DNA of 62,868 nt, filler included, from Choristocarpus tenellus KU-1152 (taxonomy: Eukaryota; Protista; Phaeophyceae): assembly GCA_964200185.2 (NCBI GenBank). It is 12 parts of 12 records of this genome, joined end to end, with 100 filler letters (N's around TTAATTAATTAA, not from the genome) between each part and the next. Parts side by side here need not be neighbours in the genome. Positions count along the whole stretch, not along the records: positions 48,531 to 62,868 come from CAXNAD020001221.1; 11 more parts are not named here. The stretch is one strand, 5' to 3'. The notes under the pieces were generated by a model. The model was not told where the DNA came from. It saw only the letters and a list, made by a program, of their open reading frames with translations, and did no database searches. The translations under genes and the position numbers were made by a program. How positions within the stretch are numbered: the stretch's first letter is position 1; each line of letters opens with the position of its first letter. Positions 54,501-62,868 of this stretch are shown in pieces.

Positions 54501-57500
54501 TTGATGTAAATAATATGCCACTACGCTTCCAAGAGAGGAGCCAAAGACAAAGGGAACAGCAGGCAACAGCAGTGTGAATAGAACGGTGTCCACAGAGAGT
54601 TAGAGCAAGAGAGAGGGGGGGGGGATGGGGAAACGGTCCTGTAACTGGTAGTTTCAGGTACAGAAAATAGCTCAAACCAGAAACAGCACAACTAGACCTA
54701 ATATATATATCCAAAACTGGTATATCACCATTTACAACAACAGGTTCACACCACATCCCAAAATGAGTGAAAGTATCTTAGAGCGTACGAGTTTTGCCCT
54801 GTTTGTCAATTTGGGGCTTGGCTTCCCATGGGTTCTTTTATGACATTTTCCTGCTCCAAAATGTTTACGAGTAGATAAAGCGTGCATGTTATGAAAAATT
54901 GTGTCCAGAACGTGGATATTGACACTTCCTAACAAACACGATAGTCGAAATTACAAAAAATCGCAACATTAGATTTTGACCCCCGACCCCCAAATGGACG
55001 CGGCTCTACCCTCTAAAATACTTCAGCTAAAATACCAATATATACATAACAATTTAAAAGGTCTACCAAACTACTTGCCACAACAAAAAATGAATACAAT
55101 TTCAGTACAGATAATCAATCTGCAATGAGATCTTCGTACAGTAAGCTATCATCGTTTTGGAGAAGAATCTTCAAGACTCACATCTGGGCTCAGAGGAAGA
55201 ACCCCTCCTCCAGTGTTGATGGCAATCAACTTAAGTGGACCAGGCTCACTGCACCAAACAACCTTATCAACGTCGCTGTATGTCTTTGTCAACAAAATCT
55301 GCGTAGACGAAATGACCTACAATGAAGGCAGGGGAGGAGGGAGAAGGGTTGACAGTGACAAATATGGAAGTTACAACAAACACAAAAGCCGAGGAACCAT
55401 TTCTGGTAACGTGCAAGAAAAAAAAAAGTTGTTGGAGTAGAAAATTAGCCAAACCAACAGCAAAAAGAAGCACTGACCTTAGACATGGTGATACCCTCAG
55501 GGAGGGGTGGATCAAAGAAAAGATCGGTCTTCTTCACATTGAAGTTTGTTCCATTCACCATTATCTTGGGAGTAGTACCCATGAACACATTCTTCTTCGA
55601 TGCTTGGACAGTCGGAGTCGGCAGCACAGTCGCTACCTGTTTTAGAGAGGCACACACACAAACGCATAAAGATACAGGTATACACACAAGTACAGGAGGA
55701 AAAGGTTAAGAAAGGGGACTATAACGGAATATGTAGAGCCTCATGAGAGATACCATGGCACAATACAGACAGTAGATACAGTGGAGGAGAGTGTCGTCCT
55801 ACATTTCAATGTACAATCAATGCTCTCATCAGGACCAATAATCGATACACTGAAAAGCTTCAAAATAACAATCACAACCAAAAGAATCTAACATGAACAT
55901 AAAACAGTCCAGGTGAGTTCACCAATGTCTGGAAGCACACTTGTTGAAACAGTCGTAACTGCCACTGGAACAACAATCCTAGTCACATATGAGAGATAAA
56001 TAGCTCCAGCCATTGACTTTTTTCATTCTCTTCCTCATACAGATCACTGCCACTGGAACAAACAATCCTAGTCACATATGAGAGATAAATAGCCCCAGCC
56101 ATTGACTTTTTTCATTCTCTTCCTCATACAGATCATCTTGATCCTCACTTTTGGACGGCATGCACAGGCGCGATAATGACTTATTTTGAGGTCCACCACA
56201 GTCAAGCAATAAGAAATCGTCATGCAATTCAGTCACACACACGCGGTTGCAGCAACTTGTGAAAAAAGTCTCGAATGAGTGAAAGTATCTTAGAGGGTAC
56301 ACGCTTTGCCCTGTTTATCCATTTGTTTGGGGCTTGACTCCCGAAGGGTTTCATATATATGTCCTGAACAAGGATATTGACACTTTTTAATAAATACGAC
56401 AGCCAAAACTGCATCAAATCACATCATCAGATTTTGGTCCCCAAACAGACATGACTCTACCCTCTCAGATACTTTGACCCAATGGATATCATAATAGTGT
56501 TGTAAAGCCCCTTGGCTTGAGAAAAATATGTGCAGTACAAACAGGGTATGACTTCACACGGAGAGGAACCCATCTGTTTCAGTCGGCTGCTTCCTCCCCT
56601 CCTGAACAAGACAACGATGTGTATCATACCTCTGCCCATTCCCAACTCACAAAACGTTCATGAGAAAATACATCAAAACACACAATAGAAAGCTGCATAG
56701 CGAAATTTCTCCAAAAGGTGTCCAGCTTTATGCACGCCTCTCTTTTCAAGAACAGCGATAAGTGCAGTTGGGCTTAACGTACATCACTAACTGGATAAGA
56801 CACTTTTACCTCTATCACGAAAAGTGCAAGTAATGCAAAACTCAAGACCAGAAGAGTAGAGTTGAACTTGATGTGTTCCCCAATCAAAAATCCAACAGAT
56901 CTTTTCTTACTCTTGGAAAAATACTGCTGCGTTCTAAATTGGTTCCACCCCTTGCGTCCACACTTCAACGCAGCATTTGAAAATGGTTAGATTAACCAAC
57001 ATCTTGATGTCTCCCAGCAGGCGCAACAGACATCTTTGACAATCAGGGTCTATTATCCCCTCAGGGGAGGAAGAACTATCAAAGAGGTCCACAACCTTGC
57101 ATAACCTCGATCCAAGAAGCCAGGTCTACATACCGATGCAACCTGATCCATCCAAGAAAAACAATACTTTGTGAAACAAGAGGTCTTCCTCAATGAAGAA
57201 GAAACTTAAAAAACCTAAGCGCCCTGGCATCATCATTATCAGTTAGTGCTCCATAGGAACAGAGGAATACTCGGAATCAAGCTGAAAATTGGCTGCCTAC
57301 ATTCTGCCTCTGGACTACTGGCAACTGTGCAACCCACTTGGTCAATACAAGGTCACATAAGGTCCTGAACATGATCAGTAGAGCATGTCAGGAACTTCAA
57401 CATTGAAGGGAGCAGTGCGTAGTGATCAATTTAAATCCACTCAAGGCCTTTTTTCATGTCCAAGATTACATCAAAGCCTGCATACCCTTCCTATCACATC

Positions 57501-60500
57501 CTTTGACAGTCATAAAATAAAATAAAAAATCAACCCAAAATATCTACAAAAGTCACTTCTGCCTGCTCGCAATAGCCACTATCAAGAATCACACACCCAC
57601 AATACCGCTTCAAATACTGAAAAAATACCCTTAGATTCATTCTCACTACTGTTGTATAGTTGTTGTCTGTCTTACATTCACTGCCCATCCCTACTCTCAT
57701 GAAAATTTCATCCCATCAGCACATCTCCCTTTCTCGACCTTTCACTCTCTGCATAGTAACAAAAAATCACCTTTGTAGAAAGCATTCTCTATATACACAC
57801 GTATGCCTAACCTTACTTCTAACATCTCTCAACCCCTCAAACCCTTGATGCCCTCATTACTATTTCCCTGCCTCCCCCCTCTCTTATAATCCGCACAAAC
57901 TACCCTTACATCCCATTTTATAAGTACCTGAACAGGTTCATCCAAAATCGATTCCTCCCCAACCTTTGCTGCAGACAGAAAAAGGGGTTGTGGGCTAGAA
58001 TCATCCTCCAACAATATCCAGCTTCACAGGAAGAGAGGGAGAGGGGGATGAGGTGAGATTCTGCAGAAAATGAATACAAGGCATTGGGTACCCATACACT
58101 TCTGTATATACAACAAAGTACACAATCTCATGGGATGTGTTTAGGTCTTTTTTTAATTTTCTGCTCAAAGAAGTTTTTCTTGGGAGCTGCAACGTCCGAA
58201 ATCCAAGCCCTTTCCAACCCTTAAATGTTTCAACCATGTTTGTTGATAGCTATAGAAAATATCCTTCGGTACGAAAAGTTAGTTTGGATTGCAATGCTTT
58301 GGTACAAAATATTCAGTCCGAGGATCACCTTTGGTACCGTACAAGTCAGGTAAAGAGTCAAGAAAAAAGAACAACAAATTCGAGTTCAGAATGAGAGAGA
58401 CATCTACATATCCACACAGCAGCAGAGAAAAAAAATCAATTTGATCAAATTTCTTCATACATTGCAGTGTACAGGGTCTATAGAACTATACTGTGCTGCA
58501 ATAGTCCACCTAAGATCTCCTACATGCCTGAACTTAACCATAGCACATCAGACAGACCTCTGGGAAATGATCTTGCAATTGTCCCCCCACAGACAAGCAC
58601 TTCAATGTGTATATTTATTGCTTCCAGGAAAAAATCAATCTGATGTTCCAGTCAGGCACAATAAAGACTACACCCTCCACAACAACAAGAAACATCTCCT
58701 CCTCCCTTTACTGTCTACTGTGCTGATCCGCTGCAACTATTGAGCCAGTCTAACCACATCTACAAGTGTATATGTACAAATGACTCGAGGGTAGGCTACA
58801 AATTCCTCCTAGGGACTATTTTTAAGTTTCGATCAAAAACTGTCGTTCTTCTGGGAGTCACATCACTGTTCCCCTCTGATTCCTAGGCGAGAAAAAATAG
58901 AGTAGAATACTTTGGTGTGGATACTTCAAAGACCACCTTCAAGTTACTTCAGAGTTACACGTACTATGAAAGAACTCACACAGTGCAATATCAAAATACA
59001 CACTTGGGTGCAACAACTGACCATGGGACGACAAATCAACATGCAATTGAAGCCTCTCTCATCCTTGTTTAAAATCAGTCGAAACATCGTCTGACCCTAA
59101 TATTTTCTACGGTAGAAAATTGTGCTCCAAGGGAACCAGGAGGGAGGGGTTCAACAACTAAATAACCTACAAACTGTCGACAATGACCATAGATATGTTG
59201 TGCTCATGGATCTAGATGGCCTAAGTTCAGAAAAACAGTCCCAAAATGTCTGAAGCAACATGCACCATCATGGCTGGCTCAGCCAGAGTTTTAAAACAAT
59301 ACCTTGGTCGATATGAAGAGCATCTTTTCTGTGAAGGTTTCGGAGGTGAAAAATGTTGGAATTGATGTGTTCATTTGTTGACAGACGAGAGATTCCAGCC
59401 CAACTACAGCACAGTTTCTACGCGCTCTGTGGATAGACCTACTGGGGATCATGAGAATGCATATTGAACATGGCACTGACAGCCTTAAAGGGCTGCAAGC
59501 ACAAACACCTACTGAATCACATGAAACTGTAGTTTGCACTGCGGTTCAACTGCAGAACCTAAACTAAAGAACCAACCACACATATGAACATCATAAGAGA
59601 CTTGTCATATCTCGATGATGGAAATTGGGAAGCAGGGATCCTCGTAACAAGATAACCAGGGATTTCGTAAACCAGCATGGATAATGATTACCTCCTTTGA
59701 ATAGCAGTGGAATAAAGGCAATAATATGCCCAGGCATCATTGCAACGGGTGGGCGTTTACGTGAACGTGGTCATGTCCTGTAGAAGAAGCATTTCTGCAG
59801 TGATGATGGAGAGCATCTAATTGGACAGATTCAAAATCAACTATATACTACACACCCAAACAAGACAAATCAGAAACATTCACTTTGAACGGTATGGAGA
59901 CCAAATACATTTTGGGGGATACAAAAGGTCAACAGGAATGGACTACTAAGCACAATGACAAACAAGAAAAGAGTCTCACATTTGCATAGACCGAGCATGC
60001 GAAGGATACCAACAACACAACAAACACTATTAATCGCAAGAGGAGCACCATTCTCTTCCACTACACTACGAACGAAGAGGTGAGTTGAGATAGGCGTTTT
60101 GATAATATAAGATCTGTTCTCTAATACAGATTCTTGCCTTAACAAACGTATCATACAGTTCGTGATCGATACATTAAAGTGTACAAATTCTACGCCACTA
60201 CACTACAGTAGTCACTTTCAAATTCGGTACATGCCTGAACTCAACCAGTGTTTACACATTTTTTTTCACTATTATGATGTCACATTTGTCACCTTACAAT
60301 ACAGACGAACAATTTAAACCACACAGATATTGCATCAGACTCACATCAATCTAATGTTCCAGTCTGCCACATTGAAGACTACGCCTTCCACAAGAACAAA
60401 AACCATCTCCTCCCCCCTCTCCTGTCTGCTCTCCTCATCCACTGTAAGTACCGAGCCATTTGTACTGGATCTACAAACTTTCGTTCCAGGATATTTCTTG

Positions 60501-62677
60501 GTTTCCTTCAGAACCAAAGTATCTTAGAGGGTAGAGCCATGTCCACTTGGGGGCCAAAATCCAACGTTGCAATTTTGATGTAATTTTGGCTATCATGTTC
60601 TTTAGGAGATGCCAGTATCCTTGTTCCGGACACATATTTTCATAACATACATATTTTACCTACTCCGAAACATTTTGGAGTAGGTAAAATGTCATTAAAA
60701 ACCCGTGGGAAGCCAAGCCCCAAATGGATAAACAGGGAAAAACTCGTACCCTCTAAGATACTTTCACTCTTTAGAATCTTTCCTTTTAACAGAGTCACAC
60801 CACTGTTTCCCCCAGATCCCAAAAGTGAGAAAAATGTTAGAGTATCTGATGCAGATGCTTGAAAGCATCACCTCTACATTTCTCCAGCGCTATCCATTCC
60901 ATATCCTGGACTACTCACGGCAAGACAAACAAAAGACATGAAATCAACATACCAAATCAAGTACCTCTCACCCTTAAAAAAGATGACTACATCAGTATTC
61001 TGAGCTTGTGTTGGTTGCATCAGGAAATCGTGCTACAAGGAGAGAGGGATGGTTGCGGTTACTCAAAAAAAGACCACACATTATTATGGTCCTGGATTTA
61101 GCTGATAAGCCATCAGAGCACATTCCCAGTATTTCGGAGGATATTCACAATTATGTGAACAATTCTATATGTTGAGGAAAATGGAGTTCAATGGACAGTG
61201 CTTACCTCATTCCTGCAATTTATGTCTTCATATTTGTTGGTGGGCAAGAAGGTATTCCAACTCAACGTAAGGAAAATTTCGGCAAACGTGTATAAAATTA
61301 GAAGGGGCCATGAGAACGTAAACGGGAATGGGCACTACCTCTCCTTTGAGGTTTCAACCACAAATACTTGAAAAAGCGCCTAGGATCACAGTTGGTACTG
61401 TGTCCAACCGTACTGCAATAGCAAATATAAATATGTATGTATATATATATATACATATTTATATAGCAACTCAACAAGCAACTTAACTGATCTCTCTGGA
61501 AGAAAACGAAAGTGGAATACTTGGAGACGTTATTTATGAGTTCGGCAAACCATCATGGATAATGATCACCGTTGCTGAACAGAGGCAGACAGTTCGTGGG
61601 TTGACATGAAGGTCATTACTGAGATCTTAAGGGTCGAGGGGTCATGAAAACTGTATTTATCGCTTCCAGTAATTTTGGGATAAATGAAAGCGAGAGGGGG
61701 GACGGGGCGGGGAGGTAGATACGTACGTGGAGCCAGACTGGAGCGTGAGCACAAGCGCTGTATCACCCTGGATCTCCAACGTGTAGTCGGTGCCGATGCT
61801 CCGCTTGGGTAAGAAAGTTAGATCTATCGAGGAGTGATCATCTATAGAGGAAAAGCCTTTTCCCCTGATGCGAAGTTTTGGCTGAATGTTGTAGGCATAA
61901 CCGTATACCTTCTTGTCGATAGATATCTGCAAAGAGACATCGGTAAGACGTCAGACACAATTGAACGGGGGTTAGAAGAACGGGGGGAGTTCAAGGAAGA
62001 GGTAGGTCAGATGCAAGGAAAAGGTTATCCGACAGGTGACTGACAACCGCACATATATATGAGATCCTGACACATGTCTGGGTGAACACAAATAACAAGG
62101 TACACTAGAACGTTCAATTGTGTTACCAAATGTAAGTTTGCCAAGCTGTTCAGGATCAAGTCATCACACTGATGAACCAAAGTAGACCGGAAGCACCACA
62201 CTATCCTCTACCTTTGAGTGCATTCAAGTGGAGTCTCGCAGATGTCATATCACACACAGGACGTGAGACGAGGAAAGATACCACATGCTTAACATTTAAT
62301 TTCCATCTTCGATACACCAAAGTTGAGACATCCGTAATTGATTTTCTCAATCCCATTCTTAAAATGAGCTTGAGTCTCAAAATTAAGATGCCAAAAAGGA
62401 TTTGCTCTATAGTTTGTGGGCAATAACACGCCAAAGCCTCATCGCAGATGGTGAGCGTAACCAACGTGCATATCATCGCAAATTCATACACAGTTCTACA
62501 AAGGAAATGACACTTGGTAGTATCATAAGGAGATATGAGATTCTTTGAGAGGCAAAGAACGGGAATCAACTACTTGGGGAAAGAAGAGGTGTGAAATGAT
62601 CTCACATTTGCACAGACCGACAAAAAGAAGGATGCCAGCGACAAAACTGGCGCCGCCAATCGCCAAAGGAGAACCAT
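48531..62677 (-). CDS. Secreted/cell-surface protein with tandem beta-rich (IPT/Ig-like) repeats and a Cys-rich module, 3' partial; exons 62677-62606, 61926-61727, 58021-57928, 55636-55478, 55316-55182, 54292-54191, 53506-53378, 52757-52554, 51004-50804, 50302-50173, 49348-49248, 48904-48828, 48602-48531
   Basis: All 13 exons have canonical splice sites and matching phases. Signal peptide MVLLWRLAAPVLSLASFFLSVCAN; repeats with I.G.GF, L.L..G..W, IDTGAG, V.VA.V; then CEDSCIYAINGNCEE...CEIGTDCTDC. Confidence 0.85.
49698..49956 (-). mobile_element. MITE family A (intronic)
   Basis: TIRs; flanks TTCC/TTAC. Confidence 0.9.
52837..53096 (-). mobile_element. MITE family A (intronic)
   Basis: TIRs; flanks CTTT/TTTT. 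Confidence 0.9.
54765..55029 (-). mobile_element. MITE family A (intronic)
   Basis: TIRs; AAAT TSD. Confidence 0.9.
55958..56134 (+). repeat. Direct tandem duplication (~88 bp x2)
   Basis: actgccactggaaca...cctcatacagatc repeated almost exactly. Confidence 0.92.
56277..56480 (-). mobile_element. MITE family A with ~55-bp internal deletion
   Basis: Both TIRs present; AAT flanks both sides. Confidence 0.88.
56750..57500 (+). mobile_element. Possible second CRE-like RT relic (intronic)
   Basis: HLDV (YLDD-like) followed by SAPIGTEEY (LGAPIG-like); heavily decayed. Confidence 0.3.
59980..60051 (-). CDS. Second paralogous signal-peptide exon (MVLLLRLIVFVVLLVSFACSVYAN) inside intron 2
   Basis: 72 nt with ATG start and the same GCAAAT|GTGAGA donor as exon 62677-62606. 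Confidence 0.65.
60511..60769 (+). mobile_element. MITE family A (intronic)
   Basis: TIRs; flanks TTCA/TTTA. Confidence 0.9.
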
Positions 62678-62868
62678 CTTCCACAACGACACCACCGCCC
62701 CAAGGGATCATCTCCAATTGTTTCTCAAGAGCTTGTCCTCTTCTAAGAAGGAAGTATGCGATGGGATTCTCCATCAAGATGGGCGAGGACCCCTTCTCGA
62801 GGTCACTGTTCGAAGATGGATTCTATTCTAACTTGCGATCGACCCAAAGTATCTCCGGGGTGGGGGGG

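Noticed and set aside
59302-59440. Extra exon of the repeat-protein gene
   Set aside because: It has splice-like ends, but no frame fits the phases of neighbouring exons or the repeat motif.

Overview
This is eukaryotic nuclear DNA, not one locus. Twelve short contigs are joined by an artificial 100-bp linker (44 N + TTAATTAATTAA + 44 N): 1-3431, 3532-10807, 10908-14113, 14214-17428, 17529-20515, 20616-24346, 24447-28159, 28260-37135, 37236-39936, 40037-44965, 45066-48430, 48531-62868. Adjacency across linkers is meaningless. Short GT-AG exons in long introns, TTAGGG-type repeats and the transposon types suggest a stramenopile, probably a brown alga (inference). Host gene pieces: a HAS1/DDX18-like DEAD-box helicase 5' end, two Cdc14 exons, the VAC14 3' end, a membrane-protein terminal exon, and a 13-exon secreted repeat protein with a second, paralogous signal-peptide exon in intron 2. 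Much of the rest is decayed transposons (copia, chromodomain Ty3/gypsy, RTE, CRE-like, Harbinger-like), plus two related MITE families with mostly 4-bp TSDs (Sola2-like). The most unusual item is an uninterrupted 75-codon bacterial HU gene fragment (Rickettsiaceae-like) lying antisense in the last codons of the membrane-protein exon, between TTTG direct repeats.
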